From contig CM126228.1 in NCBI GenBank assembly GCA_052327205.1, positions 34,348,001-34,412,000 on the forward strand: a stretch of DNA of 64,000 nt. The letters run 5' to 3'. The stretch comes from Somniosus microcephalus. Lineage: Eukaryota. The translations under genes and the position numbers were made by a program. Shown here one piece after another: positions 46,191 to 57,724 of the stretch (positions within the stretch are counted from its first letter, which is position 1; every line of letters starts with the position of its first letter). The notes under the pieces were generated by a model. The model searched no databases, was not told the DNA's origin, and worked only from the letters and a program-made list of their open reading frames with translations.

Positions 46191-47515
46191 TGTCCTACTC
46201 AAGGGAGTTCTGCCCGGTGTCCTGGCCAATATTTATCCCTCAACCAACATTTATCCCTCAACCAACATCACTAAAAAACAGATGATCTAGTCATTATAAC
46301 ATTACTGTTTGTGGAATCTTGCAGTGTGCAAACTGGCTGCCGCGTTTCCTACATTACAACAGCGACTACACTTCAAAAGTACTTCATTGGCACTTTGCGA
46401 TGCCCTGTGGTCCAGAAAGGAGTGTCTGGAGAGGTTTTAGTCTGTGGAGATTGGGATACCACGAAGAACTTATGTAATCACCATATTAATCAGATATACT
46501 ATGATTTCTCATCTGATGTATGTGTCGATACACACTAATTGTGTAAATGACAACACAGTATCTAAATGGATAAGTGTGCTTATTATTTCATAACATACCA
46601 TCTACTCTCCACAAATCAAGGAAAACCCAGTTAACCACTAGCCACAACCCCAGAGCATTACACATCTGAGCAGCACTTGTTACAGCTCCCTCTCGAAGCA
46701 GACGCCAATACAGATACATATATTGTGGCAGATATTGATACTGATGAAGATTAGGGTGAGGAATCACTATGAGAAAGGTGGTGAATGATAAGTTGGCTGG
46801 TACAGGGCAGCAGCCCAAAATGATGCAAGTCCTTACTGAGTTTTTAATTTGTTCTTGGGATGTGGGCAAGACAATAGCAATTGTCCATTTGTTGTTGTCC
46901 TGAGGGCAATAAGAGTCAACCACATAGTGTAGGACTGGAGTCACTTGTACGCCAGACCAAGCAGGAGGGACAGTTTCCCTTCCCTGAATGACATTAGTGA
47001 ATCAGTTAGGCTTTTACCACAAGCTGGCAGCTTTTAAGATCATTTTCAGGTGCAAGTTCCCCCAGGATTTCAAATGGAGACTGTTACAGCAGCAGAACTT
47101 AATCCCTAATATCTCCTTTGGCTTAGAATCCATTTTTCTCTGATTATGGTTCTGTGAAGTATCTTGGGACGCTTTTCTACACTATATAAATGAAAGCTGT
47201 TTTTTGTTGTTATACACCTGACATTGGGATATGATCTGGGTAGCGTGAAAGGCATTGCCATCTCCCATATTGGCTGTGGAGGATTAGAAGTCTGCACTGC
47301 AGTCTATCATTGAGCATTTGTAATGGAGACCTTCGTTTGACAGGCCATAGGCACAATAGCCACACCACTCATGAATTCTCACATAGCTGCTATGGAGCCT
47401 TTAGTGTTGAAATTCCAAGTAGTCATGGCCAGATTCCATTCACTTAGAGAACAGTTAGAGGCACCCATGATAAAGGGATTCCAAAGACTCATAGATGACC
47501 TCTATTCTATGGTCA

Positions 47516-48802
47516 TTCACTATAAGCCCACAGCTACCTGGACTACACTTCCTCCCACCCCGCTTCCTGTAAGGACTCTATTCCATTCTCCCAGTTTCTC
47601 CGTCTCCGCCGCGTCTGCTCTAACGATGCCACCTTCCATACTAGCGCTTCCGACATGTCTTCCTTTTCCCTCAACCGAGGATTCCCCTCTACTGTGGTTG
47701 ACACGGGCCTTGACCGTGTCCATTCTATTTTCCGCACTTCTGCTCTCACCCCTTCCCCTCCCTCCCGGAACCATGATAGGGTTCCCCTTGTCCTCACCTT
47801 TCACCCTACCAGCCTTCACATTCAACGGAGCATCCTCTGCCATTTCCGCCACCTCCAACGTGATCCCACCACCAAACACATCTTCCCCTCACCTCCCCTT
47901 TCAGCATTCCGTAGGGACCGCTCCCTCCGTGACACCCTGGTCCACTCCTCTATCACCCCTAACACCCCTTCCCCTTCGCCCAGCACCTTCACATGCAAGC
48001 GCAGGAGATGCAACACATGCCCTTTTACCTCCTCCTTTCCCACTGTCCAGGCCCCAAAGACTTCTTCCAGGTGAAACAGCGATTTATTTGTACTTCTTAC
48101 AATTTAGTATACTGTATTCGCTGCTCACGATGTGGTCTCCTCTACATTGGGGAGACCAAACGTAGATTGGGTGACTGCTTTGCGGAACACCTCCGTTCAG
48201 TCTGTAAGGGTGACCCCGAGCTTCCGGTCGCCTGTCATTTTAATTCTCCACTCCACTCCCACTCTGACCTCTCCGCCCTTGCTTCTTACACTGTTCCAAT
48301 GAAGCTCACGTAAGCTCGAGGAACAGCACCTCATCTTTCGATTAGGCACTTTACAGCCTTCTGGACTCAACATCAAGTTTAACAATTTCAGACCATAACC
48401 TCTGCCCCTATCCTTTTTTTCCCCCTCTCTCTCACATGGCAGCTGTCGATCATTCTGCCATTGCCATTTACACTTCATCCAGAGTCATCTTTTGTTTCTT
48501 AACTTGTTCCATTACCATCTCCGTTTGCCTTGCACCATCATCCCTTTTGTCTCTTAATCTCTCCTGCCTTCCACCCTATCACAGACTTTCCCTTTTGTTC
48601 TTTCCTCCCCTCCCCCCTTTCCCTGCCCCTACACTTGCTTAAAAACCTGTTCCATCTCCAGCTTTTTCCAGTTCTGACGAAGGGTCATCGACCTGAAATG
48701 TTAACTCTGTTTCTCTCTCCACAGATGCTGCCTGACCTGCTGAGTATTTCCAGCATTTTCTGTTTTTATTTCAGATTTCCAGCATCCGCAGTATTTTGCT
48801 TT
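47516..48802 (+). mobile_element. Penelope-like element 3' part (end of RT, linker, GIY-YIG, pLTR with hammerhead at 48670-48706)
   Basis: CKRRRCNTC; NLVYCIRCSRCGLLYIGETKRRLGDCFAEHL; TSD TCTATTCT(A/C)TGGTCA at 47501-47515 and 48803-48817. Confidence 0.9.
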
Positions 48803-50321
48803 TCTATTCTCTGGTCACTGGGCAATGCCTTCCACAATAGCATGTGTTGGGTGACACTGGTAACACAGTTGTCAATTATGTTGGCAGGGGTTTGGTGCCA
48901 TCACATAGCTCTGCACAGGTGGAATTGGCGCTACTTCAGAAGCAAATGAGCCCACGGCAACTACAGAACCAGAGACCTTTTGAATTGGTGCAAGATCCTT
49001 CGAGGTTTATTTCAGTGACAGGTAGCGGGCTTTCTGTATTCCCATGTGGCCCTTATTCAACTATCCACTGGTATTACCCCTTCTTCAACTAGAAGAGCAC
49101 ATAATGGTGAGCTACATCTACAACCAACACAGAGACGCTCGTCACACACAAGAGCAAATGCGGCAGAAAAACATTGGGCATGTACTGAAAACATCATAAA
49201 AATAAGTCACTGTCAGTATATTTTGCACTCTGGAATTCTTTCATTGCGCCAAAGATGAAATCAGTTGCCCACAAGCCAAACATAACATGCAGTGAACAGC
49301 AATAGAAATAGGGTTGGCAAACACCAGTTCTGTGATTGTAAGCATGTCCAAGAGTAAATAATAGTGTCTATAATAGTGTCCAATTGCACAGATTATTGGA
49401 ATAATTATCTTCCTGGCTGTAGTGTCTGATATACTGCTGGTTCTTGTTGGGTAATTCACGATATTACAGGGCCTTAATTGGCTCCTTAATGGAAAGCAGA
49501 GGAGTCCTGCAGTGTTCCATTTGAGTGCCTGGAATGTCTTTGTGGTATTAAATTTGAAGGAAGTGATGTCTTCGATGCCACTCTGCATTGCAGATGGTTG
49601 ACTGTCCCTTTGTGGCACGCCTTACCATACTCTCTCTGGGGAACCTGTGTCTACTCATGCATTGTTCCTCTGCTGTGGCCAGGTATCTTCCGATTGTAGT
49701 AGACCCATTGTCTGGGTGCATACCTGCTGTGACCTGTGAGCTTCCCATGCCCTCTGTGCTCTTCAGTCATTCTTTCCCCCTTCTCCACATCACTCTGCCC
49801 AGCAATGGTTGCTATACCAATACTCAAGGTCAGTAAACTCCAAGTATTAATCACTGCTCTCTAGCAACACATAACTCTTCATATTCTTAATCCTCACTTA
49901 CCCCAGGTCTGATCTTCCATAAAGTACTCGCCTTTCAATATGTTTCCGCAGAATGTTGGACAAGTTGCTCATTCCTGACTTTTAACTAGACATTAACGCA
50001 TTCAACTTGTCAGAAGTGTTTTTACGGAGCAGGGGTACTTGGATCACAGTCATTCAAAGCATTATTCCAGCATTTTTTAAGCACAACTACTTTTTTCTAC
50101 AGCTACATGAATGGAGGAATATCAGCCTCCTTGTGTCTGTGGAAAGTTTCTGAAGGGCACAGATGCAAGATGAGCTGTGTAACTACAGCACGACTCTTCC
50201 AAATTGTTTTGTGTCTTATATGATAAAGCTGAAATGTGAAACTTTTCGGTCCTTTCTCATTTAACAAATTATACTGGCAAATGAGGGCTGCTGAGTAGAG
50301 CTCATCTCTTGTGCATCTTTG

Positions 50322-50770
50322 CTTATTCATTCTCGGGATGTGGGCATCGCTGGCAAGGCCAGCATTTATTGCCCATCCCTAGTTGCCCTTGAGAAGGTGG
50401 TGGTGAGCCACCTTCTTGAACCGCTGCAGTCCGTGTGGTGAAGGTGCTCCCACAGCGCTGTTAGGGAGGGAGTTCCAAGATTTTGACCCAGCGACGATGA
50501 AGGAATGGCGATATATTTCCAAGTCAGGATGGTGTGTAACTTGGAGGGGAACTTGGAGATGGTGGTGCTCCCATGCGCCTGCTGCCCTTGTCCTTCTAGG
50601 TGGAAGAGGTCGCGAGTTTGGGAGGTGCTGCCGAAGAAGCCTTAATGAGTTGCTGCAGTGCATCTTGTAGATGGTACACACTGCAGCCACGGTGCGCAGG
50701 TGGTGGAGGGAGTGAATGTTTAAGGTAGTGGATGGGGTGCCAATCAAGCAGGCTGCTTTGTCCTGGATAG
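50322..50770 (-). mobile_element. 3' fragment of the tRNA-headed LINE family
   Basis: IQDKAACLIGTPSTTLNIHSLHH...AGSKSWNSLPN, collinear with 27873-28320. Confidence 0.9.
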
Positions 50771-51217
50771 TTCTGCTTTCCCTCATTAGACAGTATCTGT
50801 ATAATTACACACTTTATTTTTGCATAGCTTGTTCCATAATGGTACCAGTATGACACAGGCACCAACAATGTTCCTGTGCCAATGAAGTAATCACTTAACT
50901 CAATCCCACTTATCTCTCTACCAGTGCCAGGTCCAGATCTCTCTACAGCTGGCACAGTATCACTGCACTTTTATGTTCTGTACAATCCAAACAACACTAC
51001 GCAGGACACATTACCACCTAGTCAATAACGATTGCAGAACCACAGAAATCCAGTCCCAGAAGTTTATACACTCCACGGCTGGATCAGGAACAAGAGAAAT
51101 TCTTTGAAAGCTCCTCCTTGTTCCTAACCCACCTATGGTAACATGTTAACAGACCCTCCTCCTTCACAAATCACACCCCACTGAACAGAATAATCATCAA
51201 AGCCCTGGTGGCACACC

Positions 51218-51975
51218 AACAACTTGTATCAATAAAGCGCCTTTAACGTACTTAAACATCCCAAGGCGCTTCACAGGAGAGCTATAAAATAAAATTTGAT
51301 ACCGAGCCAGATATTAGGGCAGATGAGGTAGGTTTTAAGGAGCATCTTAAAGGAGGATAGAGAGGTGGAGAAACATAGAAACTAGGAGCAGGAGTAGGCC
51401 ATTCGGCCCTTCGAGCCTGCTCCGCCATTCAACGAGATCATGGCTGATCATCCAAACCCTACCCGGTCCCTACACCGACAGCCATCCCACCCAAGCCCTA
51501 TCCCCATAACCCCACATATTTAATCCCCCCTAACACTAAGGGCCAATTTTTTATCATGGCCAATCAACCTAACCCGCACATCTTTGGACTGTGGGAGGAA
51601 ACCGGAGCACCCGGAGAAAACCCACGCAAACACGGGGAGAATGTGCAAACTCCACACAGACAGTCACCCGAGGCCGGATTTGAACCCGGGTCCCTGGCGC
51701 TGTGAGGCAACAGTGCTAACCACTATCCAGAGCTTAGGTCCTAGGCAGCTGAAGGCACGGCCACCAATGGTGGAGCGATTGAAATCGGGGATGCTCAAGA
51801 GGCCAGAATTAGAGGAGCGCAGAGATCTCAGAGGGTTGTAGGACTGGAGGAGATTACAGCGATAGGGAGGGGCGAGGCCATGGAGGGATTTGAAAACAAG
51901 GATGAGAATTTTAAAATCGATGTGTTGCTTAACTGGGAGCCAATGTAGGTCAGCGAGCACAGGGGTGATGGGTGA
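51218..51975 (-). mobile_element. L2 3' fragment with a nested V-SINE (51372-51725, minus)
   Basis: LADLHWLPVKQHIDFKIL...GPKLW runs directly into the V-SINE head; the L2 tail continues at 51218-51371. Confidence 0.9.
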
Positions 51976-52865
51976 TCAACCATCCCACGGGCACTGGCAC
52001 ATTGGACGAGCTCAGTGCCACTGCCACTGCTTGAAAGGGCAAGTATTAGCTGGATCCATGAAGTTATAGTGAGGCATCACACTGGGATGCCACAACCTTG
52101 TTATAACAGCTCCATACCAGCAGAAATGTTTATATATATTATCCACAAGTCGTCCTATTTATTTGGAATACTTGTAGCGCATTTATGTTAATAAAGTGTT
52201 TACACTGTTGTTAACTCACTCAGACCTTGTAAATCAATTTACCCACACCCTAAGAGAGAACATTTTGCTGTCTCACTGACTCTTAAGTCACCTCATTTCT
52301 GTCCTTTGTTGGTTGAAGAGTGGATTGTCACTGAAACCAAACATAAACTGATGTGCAGTATAATCCACCTTAATTGCAGGAGTCACATCACTGCCGGTGC
52401 ACACCATATACCCCTCAGTAGTTGGTCCTATGTGACACTGATTTGGAGATGTGCTGCTATAACCAGGCAGTGGAGCTTAAGGCAAATAGTCATTGTTACG
52501 CTAACTGAATTCCATGCCCTACCTCCATTCTGGCTCATTTAATGTAATATCTATGAAAAAACATAGATATTGTTTATAAAAATAAATAGTAAGAACTACT
52601 GCTACAAGTATTGCTCGTACAAAATTGAAGTGCTACCTGAGGAAACGGTTGTAGTCTGTCACATGTCTGGATTTTGTGACCATTTTTCCACAGAATGGAT
52701 TTGGAAAAAGAGTTCAATTTAATGCTGCTGGTTTTAAAAGAAATGTGTAATCTCATGAATTTTTTTCAAAGCGACACCTGAACAAAAGGTGGTTAATACA
52801 TTAATTTACAGTGACTACAATTCTAAAGTACTTCAATAGCTGTAAAGTGCTTTGGGACGTTCCAA

Positions 52866-53185
52866 AAGAAAGAAATAGCTTGCATTTACATAGCGCCTTT
52901 CACAACCTCAGGGCATCCCAAAGCGCTTCATTGTTGTAACGTAGGAAATGTAGCAGCCAATTTGCACATAGCAAGCTCCTACTGAAAGCAATGAGATAAA
53001 TGACCAGATAATCTGTTTTGGTGTTGTTGGTTGAGCGATAAATATTGGCCAGGACACCGGGAGAACCGCCCTGCTCTTCTACAAATAGTCCTACGGGATC
53101 TTATACATCCACTTGAGAGGGCAGTTTAACGTCTCATCCGAAAGTCGGCACCTCCGACAGTGCAGCATTCCCTCAGTACTACTGG
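52866..53185 (-). mobile_element. DeuSINE
   Basis: Tail TTGCATTTACATAGCGCCTTTCAC and Deu domain. Confidence 0.8.
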
Positions 53186-53203
53186 TGGATTGGGGCAGGT
53201 ATT

Positions 53204-54279
53204 CCTTTTTCCTCAACCGAGGATTCCCCTCTACTGTGGTTGACATGGCCCTTGACCGTGTCCGTTCCATTTCCCGCACTTCTGCTCTCACCCCTTCCCC
53301 TCCCTCCCAGAATCACGATAAGGTTCCCCTTGTCCTCTGCTCTCACCCCTTCCCCTCCCTCCCAGAATCACGATAAGGTTCCCCTTATCCTCACCTTTCA
53401 CCACACCAGCCTCCACATTCAACGGATCATCCTCCACCATTTCCGCCACCTCCAACGTGATCCCACCACCAAACACATCTTCCCCTCACCTCCCCTTTCA
53501 GCATTCCGAAGGGACTGCTCCCTCCGCGACACCCTGGTCCACTCTTCAATCACCCCTAACAGCCCTGCTCCTTCACCTGGCACCTTCCCGTGCAAGCGCA
53601 GGAGATACAACACCTGCCCTTTTACCTCCTCCCTTCCCACTGTCCAGGGCCCCAAACATTCCTTCCAGGTGAAACAGCGATTTACTTGTACTTCTTGCAA
53701 TTTAATATACTGTATTCGCTGCTCACGATGTGGTCTCTTCTACATTGGGGAGACCAAACACAGATTGGGCGACCGCTTTGTGGAACATCTCCGTTCAGTC
53801 TGTAAGGGTGACCCTGAGCTTCCGGTCACCTGTCACTTTAATTCTCCGCTTCACTCCCACTCTGATCTCACTGTCCTCGGCCTATTACATTGTTCCAATG
53901 AAGCTCAACGTAAGCTCGAGGAACAGCACCTCATCTTTCGATTAGGCACTTTACAGCCTTCCGGACTCAACATTGAGTTCAACAATTTCAGATAATAATA
54001 CCTGCCCCCATTTTTCATGCTGTATGATTTTGCCATTTCCATTTGCAACATTTTCACAGTATGTTCCTTCAATTCCTTTCTCCCCCCCCCCCCCCCCCCC
54101 CCGTCTCTGCACCTGCTTAATATCTGTTACATTTCCAGCTTATTCCAGTTCTGATGAAGGGTCCCAGACCTGAAACGTTAACTCTGTTTCTCTCTCCACG
54201 GATGCTGCCTGGCCTGCTGAGTATTTCCAGCATTTTCTGTTATTTCAGATTTCCAGCATCCGCAGTATTTTGCTATTGT
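53204..54279 (+). mobile_element. Penelope-like element 3' part with GIY-YIG ORF (to 53995) and hammerhead at 54147-54183
   Basis: NLIYCIRCSRCGLFYIGETKHRLGDRFVEHL...RKLEEQHLIFRLGTLQPSGLN; perfect 15-bp TSD ATTGGGGCAGGTATT at 53189-53203 and 54280-54294. Confidence 0.92.
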
Positions 54280-54544
54280 ATTGGGGCAGGTATTGTTGAT
54301 TTACCCTTACAGGCACTGACCCACCCACCCTGACCATGCAGATGACCCTGTCCTTATAATTTGGGATTAGCTCATTGTCTAGTGACATAAGGGGACTTAA
54401 AACCACTTCTGCCACACTTCTTCCAGTGGAATGGACTGATAGGAATCTTGGACCCATTGTGTCTATCTGTATCTGTCCATGTCCGAACATCTTACTGATC
54501 TATGGTAGAAGTTCAAAGAGGACCCACCCCAGTGTGACAGCTGA

Positions 54545-54870
54545 GCAACAACATGTACTTATATGGCGCCTTTAACAATAGTAAAAAGTCCCAAAGCGCT
54601 TCACAGGAACGTTATCAAACAAAATTTAACACGAGCCACATAAGGAGATATTAGGACAGATGACGGGTTTAAGGAACGTTTTAAAGAAGGAGAGAGAACT
54701 AGAGAGGAGGAGAGGCTTAGGGAGGGAATTCCAGAGCTTAGGGCCCAGGCAGCTAAAGGCACGGCCGTCAGTGGTGGAGCGATTAAAATCAGGGATGCGC
54801 AAGAGGCCAGATTTGGAGGAACGCAGAGATCTTGGAGACTGTAGGGCTGGAGTAGGTTACAGAGATGCAG
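54545..54870 (-). mobile_element. L2 3' fragment
   Basis: Reverse complement of 17810-18147. Confidence 0.85.
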
Positions 54871-55404
54871 AGCAAAGGACAGGCAAGATTTGGGTGTGAG
54901 GTGGCACCTTATGTGTGTGTGTGGCTGACTCAATTAAAAAACTCACCTTCAGATTTGCCCAATATTGACAGAGAACGGTGTGTGGTGTGTGTATGTGGGA
55001 GGGGGAATTACAAAGGAGAAGGAAAAAGAGGGATGCCCATATATGTTTTTTATTAATATTGCAAAACCCAAGTGAAGAGCCAAATGCAGGACAACACCAA
55101 GTTTAAAGAGAATAGGATAGATGATAGATTGATTAAGATAGGTTAAAGAGAATAGGATAGATAGATGATAGATTGATCAGGATAAATCAAGCAGCAGTGG
55201 TTTGGTTCAGTGATGCCAAGCCTGGGTTTCAAAAGCCTGCAGTTTGTGGGTGTTTTAACTGTACACAGTTCTGAGAGGTTTGACGTGACAAACTTCAGTT
55301 CACAGCGAAACTGCAGTAAACAAAGTATGTGTTGAACTTTCCACCTGATCATAGATAATCAGGTTGTGCTTATTACCTGGAGCCAATGAAAAGAGCCAAA
55401 AAAA

Positions 55405-56140
55405 AGGAAAGACTTGCATTTATATAGCACCTTTCATGACCTCAGGATGTCCCGAAGCACTTTACAGTCAATGAAGATTTTTTTTAATTTTTTTTTAAGT
55501 GTAGTCGCTGTTGTAATATAGGAAACGCTGCAGCCAATTTGTGCAAAGCAAGGTCCCACAAACAGCAATGTGATAATGACCAGATGGCACTATTTCGAAG
55601 AAGAGCAGGGGAGTTCTCCCCGGTGTCCTGGCCAATATTTATCCCTCAACCAACATAACAAAAACAGATTATCTGGTCATTATCACATTGCTGTTTTTGG
55701 GAGCTTGCTGTGCACAAATTGGCTACCGCGTTTCCCACATTACAACAGTGACTCCACTTCAAAAATACTTCATTGGCTGTAAAGCGCTTTGAGACGTCCG
55801 GTGGTGGTGAAAAGCGCTATATAAATGCAAGTCTTTTTTCTTTTTTTAAATAATCTGTTTTCAGTGATGTTGGTTGAGGGATAAATAACGGCCAGGAGAC
55901 CGGGGAGAACTGCCCTGCTCTTCTTCAAAATAGTGCAATAGGATCTTTTACGTCCACCCGAAAGCGCAGACGGGGCCTCAGTTTAACATTTCTTCCGAAA
56001 GACGGCACCTCCGACAGTGCAGCACTCCCTCAGTACTGCACTGGAGTGTCAGCCTAGATTTTTGTGCTCAAGTCTCTGGAGTGGGACTTGAACCCACGAC
56101 CTTCTGACTCAGAGGCGAGAGAGAGTGCCAATTGTGCCAC
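55405..56140 (-). mobile_element. DeuSINE (minus) with a plus-strand DeuSINE 3' half nested at 55585-55849
   Basis: The host sequence GACCAGA^TAATCTGTTTT is split by the inverted copy. Confidence 0.85.
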
Positions 56141-56547
56141 GAGGCAAAGAAAAAAGAAAAAGCGAACCTGGATTTAAATTTAAAAACAAATGGAGGATGG
56201 ATTGAGAATGTTGAGCTCCCAGGAATGGTAACTGTTCCATTATTTCAAACACAAATCTGTGTCTTCCTAATGATTTTCCATCGCAGTGATTCGTGGAATT
56301 CTAGTATCATTTATGAAGCTGGATAAGCATTTCTATTTGCAACAAATATAAACTCTGAGAGGATATGTACAGATATGGAGTAGCAATTGTATTGAATGTT
56401 ACGTTTCCAGCTAGCCCTCAGGAATCCAATATCTTCAACTGTGTTTATTAAAATTCAGAATGTTTCATATATTCAGAATAGTGATATTAATTCAGTCATA
56501 AATAGTGCCTTTCTGGCAACCCCCCCAACCCACCATGGCCAGTTGCA

Positions 56548-57016
56548 AAGAAAGAAAAGAAAGACTTGCATTTATATAGCACCTTTCATGACCACCGGAC
56601 GTCCCAAAGCGCTTTACTGCCAATGAAGTACTTTTTGAAGTTTAGTCACAGTTGTAATGTAAAAAACGCAGCAGCCAATTTGGGCACAGCAATCTCCCAC
56701 AAACAGCAATGTGATAATAACCAGATAATCTGTTTTTAGTGATGTTGACTGGGGTATAAATATTGGCCAGGACACTGAGGATAACTCCCTTGATCATTTC
56801 GAAATAATGCCATGGGATCTTTTACGTCCACCTGAGAGCTAGGACATGGCCTCGGTTTAACGTCTCATCCAAAAGACGGCACCTCCGACAGTGCAGCACT
56901 CCCTCAGCGCTGCACTGGAGGCTCAGCCTAGATTATTGTGCTCAAGTCTCTGGAGTGGCATTTGAACCCACGACCTTCTGACTCAGAGGTGAGGGTGCTG
57001 CCCACTGAGCCATGGC
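56548..57016 (-). mobile_element. DeuSINE, full length
   Basis: Head, Deu domain and tail all present. Confidence 0.9.
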
Positions 57017-57724
57017 TCTGTAGCAAGTCCATCTCCTTCTCTCAGTCAGGTGAATAATGAATGGGCCAGATTGAGAGAGAGAAACCAAGGGGACTGGTGA
57101 TGGACATTTTGCTTCTGCCATTGATGTTGGAATCCAGCTCAGGCTGAATTCAGGGTATTATCGGCTCAATCCCTATTGGGTGCAGGAGCATGGCAGAAGC
57201 TACTCATAATTCAGTATCAGTTGGGGCAGTTTCTTTACTGAGACTACAGGGTGCAGTGTGGGAAATAGAAACATCAGACTGATGCAGGAGTTGCTATCTT
57301 GAGGCACATTGTTGGGGCAGATTAAAGGGGGCTTTTCTCTGTATCTGCCCTGTGATGTATCTGGTCTGGGAATGTTTGGACACTGATGCTGGGTTGCAAA
57401 AGTGGAAAACTATCTAATCCCCCAGAACCGATACCTCTCATCATTATCGACACAGAAGTTCAATCAAAAGCATTTTTAAAATGGGAGAAATGGAGTAAAA
57501 TGATGATCTCAAATTCGCCTTACTGATGTGGGCAGGACTGAGTGATCAGCTGCTTCCTACAGGTAGGAGGGGAGAAAGAATTGTCATTCTGAGTGACATC
57601 TGGACAAACCTGGCGATACATCCACTTGTGCTCTCATCTGCAGTTGCTGTCTGGGACAAGGAGAGATAGTAAAGGAAGAAAATAACTTAGGAGGATTCTA
57701 TATTTAAATTGGAGCGGATAAAAT

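Noticed and set aside
48820-50320. Possible host exons in ORFs such as 49241-49618
   Set aside because: No splice context or domain. A weak LLDMLT motif suggests a very old LINE endonuclease remnant, but it is too decayed to call.
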